Shown here: in pieces, positions 24,970-38,760 of the stretch
Layout of the letters: each line of letters starts with the position of its first letter
Position numbering within the stretch: position 1 is the first letter of the stretch
Origin: Octopus bimaculoides
Taxonomy: Eukaryota
Assembly (NCBI RefSeq): GCF_001194135.2
Contig: NC_068996.1
Location: forward strand, 7,261,831 to 7,325,830
Direction of reading: 5' to 3'
DNA length: 64,000 nucleotides
Program-made: the position numbers and the translations under genes
The notes under the pieces: generated by a model
Seen by the model: the letters and a program-made list of their open reading frames with translations, nothing else
Database searches by the model: none
Told to the model about the DNA's origin: nothing

Positions 24970-27409
24970 TGCACATACACACACACAAAGTATACATAAA
25001 TATCACATACACACATATATCAGCTATACCAACACACTCCTCCCCCCCAATAACACATAGGCCCATAAATATGCTCACACCACATATATACATGATACAC
25101 ACATCCCTCTCTCCCACAGAGACCTGTACAACCCCCTTCATACATACATCTTTAAGCCACCCTTATTCCTATACATGTACTCCACATGCATATGAACCTT
25201 TGCACACATTGCTAATCCTCAAGCAAGCATACTCCCCCCCCCCACAGTAATACAGACACGCATACAGGCAAATATGCATGCACAGTCAACGTATACATGC
25301 GCAAACTAATATTTGCACATATACCATGTACACGTATATTTCCTTCACACATGCATTCGATTTTACATGCTCGTTCACTCACTCACACATGTGTACATAT
25401 ACACACGCAGCACACACACATGTATGAATAGAGGTGTCTGTAAGACTGAAGGTATTAGGCGCACAGAGATATAGATTAGTGCAGACACACAGACAGCTTA
25501 AGGTCAATGTATAGAACATGAGAAACAGATGGGTTTATTGATTGGGTAGAATTGAATTTCAGATAGATTGATAAATTGACGTGTAAGTGTGTGTGTGGGT
25601 GGGTGGGAGAGGGCGGCATACTTATGTGAGTATATGCAAATTATATACAAATGAAGACTGAAAACCTACATATTCATTGTGATGATGATGATGATGTTTT
25701 TTTGTTTTTTTATATTCTCAGTTAAAGCTATACATCTGTAAGGAAATAGCAACATCAATCAGTGTCTCTTACTCCTCACATCAGGTTCCCAGCTTTAAAA
25801 CGTTACCCAAATGTGTGTATGTATGTATATAGATGTGTGTGCGTATATATATATACAATGTGTGTAATTAGTTTACATTCATGCATCATGGTTTCGTCCA
25901 GTCAGTTCTTTAGTGGACTGCGCTCTATGTAAAGCTTGCCCTGTTTACTTTACTAATGATCAAATGTACATTAGACTTTACAGAAGTATATGTAACTCAA
26001 GGTTGTATTGAGTACTTTTATGCTCAATGCAAACCTTTTAGTCCATATGTGTGTGTTTGAAGTATGATGATGTGATGCAGTGTGTTTTTTGAGGGGTTTT
26101 TTTATTTATATCCTCCCTCATTTAATTCCCTGACTTTATCGTCTTTTTGCATAATGTATGGTAAATGATTGTCCAAGGATCAAGAATGAAACTTGGAACG
26201 AGTCTTTGCTTTACAACAAAGAAATAAATTATTCTGAAATGCATTCACATGCCATGATTAGCTGAGTTTGTTTTGCTTAAAACCCTTGATCAGCCCAAGC
26301 TGTTTCTTTCATCCCTTTTCTTTTTCTGTTTTTTTTTTTCCTTGCAACAACAACTATTATTCAATCTCCTTTCCCTTTTTGAGGTGTTATGGAGTGATTT
26401 GATAATTATTTTAGTTACTATTTCTAGCAAGTCGAGCAGCGATGTAGCAGTTCTCTCACTGTCTGAGTTTGTAGGACTGTGTCTTAAGTGTTAGCTGAAT
26501 GTTCAGTTGCTCTTATTTATGCTTAAGTTACTATATTGTATAAATAGCTAAAACACTTTTAAATCATTCATGCACTGTAGTTTCAAATGGGTGCCCTGAG
26601 GAAGTAACAACTAAACTTCAAGCTAAATAGTTAGCTTCTTGTACAGCCACTCAACCTGCTAGTGATAACTGCCTATTCACCTTCAACTCACATGGTGTTG
26701 TCTTAAGAAAAAATCACATTGGATAATCTAATCTTTGATACACTTCAAATAAAAGATGGTATGATTGTGGATGAATCTCTTAGGTCTGTTTGATCAGAGC
26801 TAGTATGTAGCTCAACGACAACAACAACAACGAAGCCACTTTTAGCAACAAGGGATACTGCATCATCCAGAGGAGTATGTTGTTAGTTTTCTGAAAGTAA
26901 AGTTCAATGAATTCTTCCAAGATGATGAGCAGTCAAGAGACAGAAAAATAGTCTACAGTTCAAGAAATATAAAGATTACATGTAATTTACTCTGCTTTTA
27001 ACCTTATAATGCTTATTGCTAATAATTTTTAACTCTTTAAATATTATGTTGTTATAAGGTGTTGGTGGGAATGAAGAAAAGTGAAAGCTTGGACAAGCTC
27101 CAAAGATTTTTACATTTGAAGAATGTTATTGCATGAAGACAATTATGGCTGTTGCAGTATTATCGATATTTGAATAAATAATATATAAATGTAAAAAAAA
27201 ATTTTTTTAGTCTTTTCACATCATACACACTCCTTCCTTTTAGCTGTATAACACCTATTTTTAATAATTCTTGGTACTTCAAATATTATGGAAAGGAAAC
27301 ATCAAAACCGTAATCTTGGATAAGCTCCAAAGACTGAACTTTTGAGTAACATTATTACATATAGGCAATTATAATATCTGGCAGACGTTGCAAATTTTTC
27401 AGTTCTAAG

Positions 27410-27453
<44 letters not shown>

Positions 27454-28177
27454 ATAAGTTAGGCTCTGTTTGATTTTTATAGACTTAAGATAAACCATAT
27501 TATTAAACACCTAATAAAACTATGTAAGTCTGGCATCTAAGAGACCATAATTTCAACCCAGACAGTTGCAGCACCAGACTTCTTTTAGAAAAAGACTAAA
27601 CAAATAGATAAATGTTCCAACATTTATCTTCTGAATATTTTGGTGTTCAGGCCATTGCTGTGAGGGCTAAATGTATTGTGAGGTATAGTACACACATTGA
27701 GACAGAAGGGTGCCATGTCTGCATATATGGTTGATGCGTTAGACATGTCAACTATGTGTGTGTGTGCACACTGGAAATTATGGTGGTTAGTACTATATTA
27801 GAGGAGTGCCAGGAGTAATGAGGGCATACAATAACTAAATTTATGAGCTTGTAACTTTTCCCCCAGGAGCCAAACAGCATGATATCTTCTGTCCCTGAAA
27901 GGCAAGCCTGGTTCAGGATGTTGTGAGCTAGATTATTATAGTTTTGTAGTGGACATACACAAATAAGCTATGCAAAATGGTATTTAAAAAAAAACAAAAT
28001 CATTAAAACAGTAGCATAATCATGATGAATTAAATACTGTTTGATATTCAGTTATGTTCCATAGTCTTGATTTAAAAATTTTGTTGATTTTGACATATTT
28101 TCTCCTCCTCTGTGAACCAGTTAAGATAAAAGCAAGCACCAGTTGAAATTTTCAGGTCTTTTATTTCTGCGACATAC

Positions 28178-28259
28178 ACCGCTTTGCACACACCAACCTC
28201 ATGCCAAAAACTTAATGAATAAATTTCAAAATATTGTAGCCTGGTGCCATATTCTGTGT
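28178..28259 (-). CDS. Candidate internal exon (phase 1 to 2)
   Basis: AATTCCAG|AC...GCGGT|GTATGT; TEYGTRLQYFEIYSLSFWHEVGVCKA; in-frame stops just upstream; weak acceptor. Confidence 0.3.
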
Positions 28260-29182
28260 CTGGAATTGTTAATCATTACTTGTTTAAACTAGTGTCTGTA
28301 TCTTATAGTCATGGCTAAGAAAATGTGACATTTAAAAGTTGATGACCATGATAGGCAGAAGAATTGCATAAGTAAGATGTGTTAATGGGAATGGTTTTAG
28401 AGAAATGGCAACATTCAGTCAGGCAGCAGATGTAAATACAATGAGCTTCTTAGAGTTCCTAGCAAGACAAAACTGACATTGTTTGGGACATAGCCACAAA
28501 ACATTCTTCAACCTATATTATAAAGCCAGCCTAACAAACAGGCAATTCTTGAACAAGACTTTTTCTGTCCAGAATAATAATGTCTTTGATTCTACACACC
28601 ACACAAGACACACTGACTACCCAGACTCATACACTTGCATGCACATATGTTCCCACAACATACTACACCAATTACACCCAATGCATGCAATGCACTCAGT
28701 TCAATGCAACATGCATAATACATGCAACAAATGAAACGCAAAAGTACACAACACTCACGCATATACTACACACTATGCATGCACATGTACTCACACAAAC
28801 ATACAAATTGCACACACACACACACACACACAACTCGTATATCTACAATACAACCTTCATATATAAGCACACTTATGCTTGACACAGATGCGAACATACA
28901 CAGCCTACATATATACATAATGCACTCAGACATACACAACAAGCACACACACACATACACTATATACACACACATGAACACATCTTGTACATATATAATA
29001 TTCACGTGCAACACATACACATAGACAACACACACATATCACCAAATATGATTATATTACAATCAATGAAAAAAAAAAAAAAGACAAAAATCCTCAAATA
29101 ATTTTAGTTTCATTTCACAATATATATTCAACTTGGCATTATAAAATTGACATTACTGATTATATTTGTAATTGTTAGTATC

Positions 29183-29215
29183 ACCATCATCATAATCATC
29201 ATCATCATCACCACT

Positions 29216-29263
<48 letters not shown>
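29183..29263. repeat. (CAT)n microsatellite
   Basis: Read directly. Confidence 0.9.
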
Positions 29264-29265
<2 letters not shown>

Positions 29266-29479
29266 GAATTGTTATTATTGTTAGCTTTTATGATGATTCT
29301 CTGATATAAGAGGTCAGCTAATCGTTGTGAAAGACATCAGTGTATGTATAACGATATTATTCTCTTGTTGGAAGAATCGGAAAGTGTTCTGTTACTTGCA
29401 AGTTGCTCTTCATTCAAAGACTTCATTGTAACTAAACTTTCACCTAACAGAGAAGAAAGAGTACATTTAATTGTTCATT

Positions 29480-30070
29480 AAGTTCAAGCAAGCTTACTTG
29501 TTATTTATTTTCTTTCTTCTCTTCTTCTCTCTAAATTGTTTCTTTGTTGTTTCCATGACTCTCTTTATTATTCTTTCCCTATTAATTTGTTTTCTTATTC
29601 TTATTGTCTCTTGTTTTATTATTCTGCCTTGTTATTCTCCCATGGTATTCTACCTTCTGTCTTCTTATTCTGCTATTTTTTCTTATTCTTTCTTCTATTT
29701 CTGCCTTTTTCTCCCCACCACTTTTTTTTTTTATTCTGCCTCATCTTTATTATTCCCTCTTTTAATTCCCACTTCACATTATCCCTCTTTATCCTACCCT
29801 CCATCTTATTTCCACCTCTTCACCCTCCCTCTTTCATCTTATTTTCCCCTCATCTAATTTCCTCCCTCATCTTATTACCCCCTTCTTATTCCCCCTCCTC
29901 CCATCTTTACCTTCCTCTGTCTTATTCCCCCACCATCTTATCACCCCATATCTTATTCCCTCCTGTTCCTTTCCCTTTTTTCTCCGTATCTTTCCTCTTC
30001 CTTATCTCTCCCCTTATTTACTCCATCATCACATTTTTTTTTATTCCCTCTTCATATTCTGCCTCCTTAT
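29480..30070. repeat. Low-complexity polypyrimidine tract
   Basis: Predominantly C/T; source of the F/L/S/P ORFs. A similar tract lies at 39760-40130. Confidence 0.85.
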
Positions 30071-30511
30071 AAATTTTAATGTAAAATGCTTCCTTCAAAT
30101 TCTGGTATTTAAAAACAAAACAAAACAAAAAAATTTGTTTTTACTTTCACAAGTTCTAAGTGCAGCTGGAACTGATCTAGTGGTGGGGGTGGATTAATAG
30201 GATTTATTTGGCATGAATGTGCCATGAATTAACCCGAAATTTAACAGTGTGATACTGCAAATAATTTTCTTATTTAATCAATGGTTGCAGGCATAATTGT
30301 GTGAATATGAAGCTTGCTTTGCAACTACATGGTTCAGAGTTTCAACCCATTGTATGGCACCTTATCTTGGGCAAGCAAGTTTCTTTGACTGTAGCCTGTA
30401 TGGAGGTGTATGTTTGTATGTGTGTATATACTATATTCATCCATCAGAGCAACAAGGACCGTCCAATCATTCTCAAGGATGACTGATGACTTGTGCACTG
30501 ACTTTATTTAA

Positions 30512-30716
30512 CCCTTCAGCATTTAAACTGGCCATATTCTGGCCAAAATATTTTACCTGTTTTTATGTTCATATCAGCTCCATTTTGCCTTTCACACTTA
30601 GACTACAATGTCATTCTAAAAATATACAATCGCATCATCAAAAGATAATGCATGTTTAGCTCAAAAACAATGTAAATAAATGTTACATTTGGCAGAGTAG
30701 TCTGAATGGTAAAGAA
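30512..30716. mobile_element. piggyBac-like MITE (CCCTTTAGCATT family)
   Basis: TTAA-CCCTTCAGCATT left end; interior homologous to 60913-61132. Confidence 0.6.
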
Positions 30717-30759
30717 GAGTTGTGCACGATGAACACTTTCAGCTATGATCATCTTTAAT

Positions 30760-30940
30760 CCAGTGGCAACACCGGGTCAACACAGTTGAGGCTGGGGCGT
30801 GGTGCAGTAGATGACCAGACCAAGATGTCTTACTTGCCTCATCTTGCACTCTGTGCTCCACAATGCGTTGCTGCTGCTGCCTTTCCCTCTGCTGAGCCAT
30901 GAAGATTTCTTCCATGAAGTCTGCCAGATCCAATCTTCAC
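30760..30940 (-). mobile_element. Possible decayed RTE-type LINE 3' fragment
   Basis: Frameshifted DLAD/TSWKK/LHGSAE resembles the RTE W-x-LA-x-DR-x-W motif. Confidence 0.3.
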
Positions 30941-31088
30941 ATACATAGGTAGGCAAACTATAATATGCTAATTAAATCCATAGTTGGGACCTTGAAAGGT
31001 GTAACTACTCTAGGTCAGAGTAGAGCTGAGAATAGTAGTGCCTAAGAAGTCAAACTCCCAAACCAGGGTCCTACTATCAAATGCAGAT

Positions 31089-31228
31089 TAGTCATACTCA
31101 AGACATACAATATCTTTGTATAGTCATACTCAGGACATACAATATCTTTGTATAGTCATACTCAAGACATACAATATCTTTGTATAGTCATACTCAGGAC
31201 ATACACACAATATCTTTCACTTTGTATA
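31089..31228. repeat. 32-bp minisatellite, ~4 copies
   Basis: TAGTCATACTCA(A/G)GACATACAATATCTTTGTA at 31089, 31121, 31153 and 31185. Confidence 0.95.
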
Positions 31229-31480
31229 GTAGTAAAATATTTAAGCATTGTGAAGGAAAATAGAAAAACCATTGCTTAATGAATGAAATATATTTGAGAT
31301 ATTTGCTCTCTATTGAATTACATATACTTCCTTGTCTGTCAGAAATACAGTAATTGGCCCACTGGAAACCTGTAGTTAACAACAATTTTGTTTACTAGTT
31401 GCAGTATAAAATGAAAAAAAAGATAAATACATAAAATTAATGCACTAAAACCTCCATTGCTACCCAACAAGAATTTTTAC

Positions 31481-31560
31481 TTTGCACATTGTCAAAGGAA
31501 ATTATGTTGACACTAAAATCTGAAGTTTCTTCTGTGAATAATCTAAATGCTGCTGGAGGA
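31481..31560 (-). CDS. Candidate internal exon (phase 2 to 1)
   Basis: TCTGTCTTTTATGTCAG|T...CAAA|GTAAAA; PPAAFRLFTEETSDFSVNIISFDNVQ. Confidence 0.35.
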
Positions 31561-34231
31561 CTGACATAAAAGACAGAATGATGACAACAAATGGATAAGG
31601 CATTTATCCAATTTTGCATTTAGCTTTCAAAATCTGTTTTGGCATTGTTATAACTAATCACTTGACCAATCACCTATGACCCAGCAAACATGACATTGGT
31701 GGTGGTTATTTGACAGAAAGAAATAAAGAGAAAAATGAGAGAGAGTGACAGAAAAAAGACTTTAAAAAAAAAAAAAAAAATATATTAAGGTATTTTATGC
31801 TATTGCAAAACAATGGCTTGACTGCTGTCTGTCTTGTCTGTTTTACTGAATTAAAGAACTACTATATCAAGACTAATTAGATGTCACTAAATCTGTTGAA
31901 GCATTTTTTTCCTCTTTTTTTCTTCCTATCTTTCTTTTTCAAGAAGTTCAATCTAATTTTTGTATTGACAATTTAAAACTGCTTTTTCCAAACATTTTAT
32001 GTTTGCAGAATCTTTAAAATACGTTCTGTGTCTCAGGGGAATGCACCCATTCGAATTATTATATATGTTTGTTAATCCTTTCTTTTTTCCCTCATAAAAT
32101 TAAATTTCACAAGAGAGCAACCAAATCATTATACTGTCTTTGAAAGATATCATCATCATCATTCTGTTCATTTTTCCATGCTGCCTTGGGTCTGATAGAA
32201 TTTGTTGAGGCAGATTTTCAATGGCCAGGTGCCTTTTTCTGTTTTTCAAGCAAAGTAATATTTCCCCATGGCTGGAGATGTTTTCATGAAAGATTGAAAA
32301 TGAATAACACTACGTGACAATGACACTTGTTTACAACTACCATGCAATATGGAGACAAGAAAACACATAGTACAATACACACACATATACAATAGGTTTC
32401 TTTGAGTTTCTGGCTACCAAATACACTCATAGTGCCTTTGTCAAGAGATGACATGCTGTGAAACTGAACCTGAAACTATGTGGTTTGGAAGCAAGCTTCT
32501 TACCTGCACAACCAGAGAGACAGATAGATAGACAGAGAGGAAGGGTAGTTCCTGCATAGTTTTGGGCTACCAAATTCCACTCAAGTTATTGGGCAGCCTT
32601 GCTGAAAGTGCTATGCACTGGGATCAAATCCAGAACCAGTTGACTGTGAAACAAACTCCTTAATACTCATACAACCATGCCTGTGCAGAGATACACCAAA
32701 ATACTGATAGCAAATTTGAATTCTTTACTACTTTTGAGTTAATGGTTCATTGCTTTGTTTGCTTGGTCATTTTTGCCTCAGAAAAAGAAAACAAAGAAGA
32801 AAAACATAATGGGAACATTAAATAGCAAGGAGGTTAAGGTACTGGACTACTATTGTTAGTGTCAATATGGCTAACATGTTCAAGTTTTAATGCAGTCATT
32901 GACTTTGCCCTTGGTCAGTGACACAGCTCTGTTACTGCTTGCCTGACTGACAAAAGAAAGCATCCCCCACCACTTCCTACTTCCCACTTGAGGCTCAATG
33001 CTTGAATGGTGTTCTTACATGCCACCGGCACCCCACCCGGTACCTGTCAGACAACACAGGAGGGCCATGGCTATGATTTCTCTCAATTCAACAGATCTTT
33101 ACATCTAATTATATAAAAGCAATCTAAGGACATCTGGATCTGTTGTTTGATCTGGTACTGCTCAATTTCACAGATTTGCCCAGACCCTAGCACTGAGGTT
33201 TGGTGACCTCACTAGTGCTGCTATCATGGAAAAAAGAAACCTAGTACACTCTGAAGTGGCTGGCATTAGGAAGGGCATCCAGTTATAGAAACCATACCAA
33301 AGCAGACATTAAAGTTTATTGCAGTTGTCTGGCTTGTCAGTTTATTTTGAACCATTCAACTCATGCTAGCATAGGAAAAGGAACATTAAATGATGTTGCA
33401 TTGAGGTGTAAAGTAGATCTTGCAGGCTAGAATGGAGTAATTATTCTTTAAAAAGAATGTATAATGTAGGCCAAAGTTAAAGGATAAATGGGTTAATATA
33501 CATTATAACAACTTTAGGAAAGTCTACGAGGTGTTAGCTAAAATGCAGAGATATGTGGGAAAATGAAAATGCAATTTCAAAGACCATTGCTATCACAAGA
33601 ATCCATTCAGAGGATTAAGTGCATAAATAAAAAAATTTTTCTTAGTGTGTATAGACAAAGTGAAGGGAAAATAGGTCAGGTCTTTTAGCATATGGATTTA
33701 TAAGCTTCTTTTTTCATTGGTTGACATAACAAGATTCCTTAAAGTACATCTACTTTACTAATTGATAGTGTTAATCATTACTCTAGTTGGATTCCAATTC
33801 TGAAAACATACTAGCAATATACATTTCATAGAATATTCTGCTATTAAAGAAATGTTTGTGTGGTTGGATAGCAAACTCTCCTATGGAGATGAAGGTTTTC
33901 AGAGCCCTCATCTGCCATTTCAGCACAGCTTGAAATAAAGTGTTTTACCCCAAAATACAACTCACTGTAAGCCATTTTTGTCACCTTTGTCCTAGTCTGA
34001 TGGAAGCATGTTTTGGTTGCATACATAAGCTAGAATGGTATCACTCCCCCTGCTCAAAGCTTGTATTTCAAGAAGGAAAAGGTGAGAAGTAAAGATTCAA
34101 TGTTTTTTTCTTTTACTTCTTTCAGCTATAGGAGTGTGGCCATGCTACGGCACTGCATTGAAGGGTTTTAATTGAATGAATTGACTCCCGTAATCATTTT
34201 CGAGTCTCGTATTTATTCTATTGGCCTCTTG

Positions 34232-34545
34232 TTTGTGTGGTTATGTGGTAAGAAGCTTGCTTCCCAACTACATGGTCCAGGGTTCAGTCCCACTGCATGG
34301 CACCTGACCAAAGCCTTGTGAGTGGATTTGGTGGATGGAAACTAAAAGAAGCCTGTTGTATATATGTGTGTGCATTCCCATCACTTAGTGGTTCAGCAAA
34401 AAAGATTGATAGAATAAGTACGAGGTTTAAAAAAAGAAGTACAGGGGTTGATTCATTCAACTAAAAAAGAAAACTCTAGGTAGTACCCAACATGGTCACA
34501 GTCCAATGACTGAAACCAGTAAAAGATAAAAGATAGATAAGATAG
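34232..34545 (+). mobile_element. SINE family B, internally deleted
   Basis: Head and tail motifs present. Confidence 0.75.
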
Positions 34546-34594
34546 AACCATCACCAGTTGTGAAGCAGTAGTGGAGATGCACACACATACATAA

Positions 34595-34628
<34 letters not shown>

Positions 34629-35970
34629 GGCTTCCACACAGTTTCCAGCTATCAAATTCACTCATAAGATATTGGTCAGTCTGGGGCTATAGTAAATGTC
34701 AAGTAGTAGGATTGGACCTGATACCTCTTGGTTGCAAAGTAAACTTCTTAACCAAATAGCCATGCCTAGCACTATATCTATCAATTTGTAGAGAAAAATG
34801 AAACCTAAAGTTGACCTTGGTGTGATTTGAACTCTGAGTGCAGAGAGCTGAAACAAATACTGCAATGCATTCTTGCTGATATTCTAACAATGCTATCAAT
34901 TCACTGTCTATTGATAAAAAAAACAAAAACATCTCAACGCAAGCTTAGAAAAACATGTAAAATAGTGAAAACAAAAAGCTGTCGTTAAACCTGATTAAAA
35001 ATTCAATGTAGTTTGTTCATATTAACAATTGTTAGTGTTCATCACAAAACTGACTCGATTTCTGTTGATTTTGCTTGTTACTGTAATTAAAAATAAATAC
35101 TCTGATAATGATCTTCTATAGTTTAAATTAACCCTGAGACTCATTGATCGTTTTGACCTTTGTCAGAAATTGATACACCAAAGCTTGTTGTGGGGTGGAG
35201 TGTAGGAGAGAAAAGCAAATAAATTTTTAAAGCATTTTTTGGGGTGTCAAAATTTGTTATTTTACCCACTTTCTTCTTCCGATATATTTTAGATCAGTAA
35301 ACAGATAAGAATTATTAATACATTACAAATCGTTTTTTTTTTTTTTTTTTCTAAAAGCCTTCTTGTATAAATGTTTCCTTTTGATTTTATTGTAGTGAAT
35401 TGGAAGAAAATACAAATCATGAGAAATAGAATAAATAAAGAAGTGTGGGTGAGATATTAGATTAGTCGACTAATTCTTGGAGATTATATAAAAATTCAAT
35501 CAGTATTATTTTGATGTAATAATCTTGTTTGAGTTTGTTTTTTGTTGTTTTTTTTTGTTTTCATCAAAGACAATCTAAAATATCTAAGAAGGTTTGTGTA
35601 GCAAAAAATGTAAATATGTAATTTAGAAATTATTTATTTAATAATGTAAAAATAATTGAATTTATTTGCACACTTATTATAACACTATTCATTTTGTTTT
35701 TCTTTATATTCTTAATCATTTTACCAGTTGATATATTATTTAACCAGGTAAAATACAAGATCTGAAAAAAGCTAGTCATAATTTGTTAACAATTAGTTTA
35801 TAGGATTGTACACATAGTTCATTTTTACCATTTTTGATGAAGAATCTAATGCTTAAGGTCCTTTCTGTTATCTGGGAAAGAGAAAGCACAAGACAGGCAA
35901 ACAGAAAATGTGACTGTGTTCAGAAGTTATTTCGTCTTTTGAAGTATTAGCATCTGATCAAAGTTGCTTG

Positions 35971-36378
35971 GGTTGGTAAGTAGCTTGCTTACCAACCACA
36001 TGGTTCCGGGTTCACTCCCATTGCGTGGCACCTTGGGCAAGTGTCTTCTACTATAGCCTCAAGCCGACCAAAGCCTTGTGAGTGGATTTGGTAGACTGAA
36101 ACTGAAAGAAGCCCGTCGTATATATGTGTGTGTATATATATACATATATATATGTGTGTGTGTGTGTGTGTATGTTTGTGTGTCTGTGTTTGTCCCCCAA
36201 TATCGCTTGACAACCAATGGTGGTGTGTTTACGTTCCTGTAACTTAGCGGTTCGGCAAAAAGAGACTGATAGAATAAGTACTAGGCTTCCAAAGAATAAG
36301 TCCTGGTGTCGATTTGCTCGACTAAAGGCCGTGCTCCAGCATGGCCGCAGTCAAATGACTGAAACAAGTAAAAGTGAA
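35971..36378 (+). mobile_element. SINE family B, near full length
   Basis: High similarity to 21194-21610. Confidence 0.9.
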
Positions 36379-37973
36379 AGTGTACCTGTTGCAATATAGC
36401 TATAGATATTTCTATATATGATTAAAATTCAGTGGTGATAAACCTTGAATACCATTATGGTCATGTGTTTAAGAAGCTTGCTTCGCAGTTACATGATTTT
36501 TGTTGAATTCTTTGTAGAAGCTTGGTCATTCCAATTTTATGATAGAGAAGACACTTGACCAAATTTTTGTGCAAAAATTAGGTAGATAAAAATTGAACAA
36601 CAGCCTGACAGATATAGGGGTTGGTATAAATGGCAAAGAAGATTCAAATAGAATTCCTTTTGGTCACATTTTTTTTTTTATTCCTGTGTAAACTTCACCT
36701 TTCACTTTTTCCAAGGTTGACGAAACAAGTACCAGGTAGAATTTTGGAATTGGTCTCCAATAACAGAAACTAGTAAATGAATAAATAACCAAATTAAAAG
36801 TTATTCCATATCATTATTTAACGTCCTTGCTTCATGCTGGCATCGGTTGGATTGTCTGACTATAACCAATGTGTCCAAGGACTGCATCAGCCTCCAACTG
36901 TCTGCTTTGGCATAGTTTTTACAGCTGGATACCTTTCCTAATGTGAATCAGCATGGACTGGGTGCTTTTTTTCATGCCACCCTCACTATGGAGGATGTCA
37001 TTCAGTTTGCAGCAGGACTACGAAACCTGGGGTAAGTGGGGTGGTCACATTCAAGTTAGGGGGTAAGGGTATTACTATAAATTAGGCCAACTCTAAAACC
37101 CTTGAACTCAGTATCATTTCAGTCTCCAATGACTACTACAAATAAATAAATACTGATGTCTCAAAATTATTCCATATCTTCTATCTTTTATTTGTTTCAG
37201 TCATTGGACTGCAGCCATGCTGAGGCATTGCCTTGAAGGATTTTACTCAAACAAATCAACCCCAGTACTTAGTTTTAATCAGTCTCTTTTTTACTGAACT
37301 GCTGTGTTGTGGAGATGTTAACAAACCAACACCAAGTGTCAAGCACTGGTGAGGGACAAACACAAAAATCACATATACACACACATATATATATTATGAC
37401 TAGGGCTGTCTAACAAATTCTCTCAGAAGCATTGGTTGGTCCCTGTTATAGCAGAAGTCACTTGCATAATGTGCTATGCAATAGTTGCAAAGCAAGCGAT
37501 TTAACCACACTGCCATGTTTGTGCATATACATACAAATAAATAAATAAATAACAAATGGTTTGCCTGCAACAATTGATACTTCCATTGCAATATCTTTTT
37601 CATCACAAGGCAAAGCAAAAAAAGGAAGTTTTTTTTCATCCTTAAAGACTTTTTAATTGCATTTAAATGAAGTTGCAACAGGGATTAATTAACTAGACAT
37701 CAATTAATGACAGAAGCAAAGCCATGTATTTGGTTACTTAATGATTCTGACGGTAATAAGAGATACTAATTAATATGCACTAAAGCAGTGAGAGCTTCTA
37801 CGTAGCTAACCTACTAGAAATAACAGTCAAATCTCCCTCAAATTAAACCCTACTATTTTAATTAGGGAAAGAGAATTTTGGCTACTGTTACTATTTGCAT
37901 TTCCCTAGCAACGCTGGGTAATGATAGCTTGAACAACTCATATAATGCAGTTCTATATTTAAGAGATGAAGAA

Positions 37974-38119
37974 TTATTTACATTATTTACATTTGATGGA
38001 TATTTGTCTTCATCTTGCTTGTTGTTAACACAACGTTTCGGCTGATATACCCTCCAGCCTTCATCAGGTGTCTCAGGGAAATTTCGAACCTCGGTTCTCA
38101 TTCCTAAGGTATATTTCAA

Positions 38120-38154
<35 letters not shown>

Positions 38155-38235
38155 TCTCTGCCTGGAATCAAACTCAGGATCTTGAGGTTAGTAGCCTGCG
38201 CTCTTAACCACTATGCCATATGCCCATGGGCATAT
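37974..38235 (-). mobile_element. tRNA-headed small element carrying a hammerhead ribozyme
   Basis: Head 38225-38151 with A-box TGGCATAGTGG and B-box GAGTTTGATTCC; (AAT)n linker; HHR; ATGTAAATA tandem tail. Confidence 0.65.
38027..38072 (-). ncRNA. Minimal type I hammerhead ribozyme, intact core
   Basis: GACAC CTGATGA A GGCTG-GAGGGTATAT-CAGCC GAAA CGTT GTGTT: 5-bp stems I and II, palindromic AACGTT stem III, GUU site at 38032. Confidence 0.8.
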
Positions 38236-38364
38236 AATGGTTTAAATATGATTGACCTTGGGTTGAATAGCATTCTTACTAACATTAGTGGAAACACACT
38301 ATTACATGTACCTGAACATATGTGCATTTATGCATAGATACGTATGTAGTGTTCATAGAGCTCA

Positions 38365-38760
38365 CATAGTCTATCTTTTATTTTTTTTACTTGTTTTAGT
38401 CATTAGACTGCGACCAAGCTGGGGCACCATCTTGAACAATTTTTAGTCAAATGAGTCAACCCCAGTTCTTATTTTTTCCTTTTAAGTCTGATACTTATTC
38501 TATCAGTCTCTTTTGCCAAACCACTAAGTCATCGGAATATAAGCAAACCAATACCCATTGTAAAGTAGGGTGGAGGACACACATACACACGTACATACAT
38601 ATACAACAGGTTTCTTTCACTTTCCATGTAACAAATTCACTCACAAGGCTGTGGTTGGCCCAAGGTTATAGTAGAAGACACTTGCCTAGGGGTCATGCAG
38701 TGGGACTGTACCTGGATCCATGTGGTTGAGAAGCAAACTTCTTACCATACATCCATGTCT
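38365..38760 (-). mobile_element. SINE family B, diverged
   Basis: Reverse-complement head and tail motifs. Confidence 0.75.

Noticed and set aside
25880-25915. CTGACTGGACGAAACCATG on the minus strand
   Set aside because: Lacks G8-A9 and stem II; not foldable as a hammerhead.
30834-30933. Exon candidate LDLADFMEEIFMAQQRERQQQQ...
   Set aside because: Weak acceptor; better explained as a frameshifted RTE-like relic.
31089-31228. CRISPR-like 32-bp repeats
   Set aside because: No spacers, no cas genes, eukaryotic context.
31320-31370. Minus exon candidate FQWANYCISDRQG
   Set aside because: Similar sequence at ~23148(+) and ~39220(-) indicates an interspersed repeat.
37565-37650. Minus frame KVFKDEKKLPFFALPCDEKDIAMEVSIVAG
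   Set aside because: Protein-like, but splice sites are weak and phases do not fit the chain.
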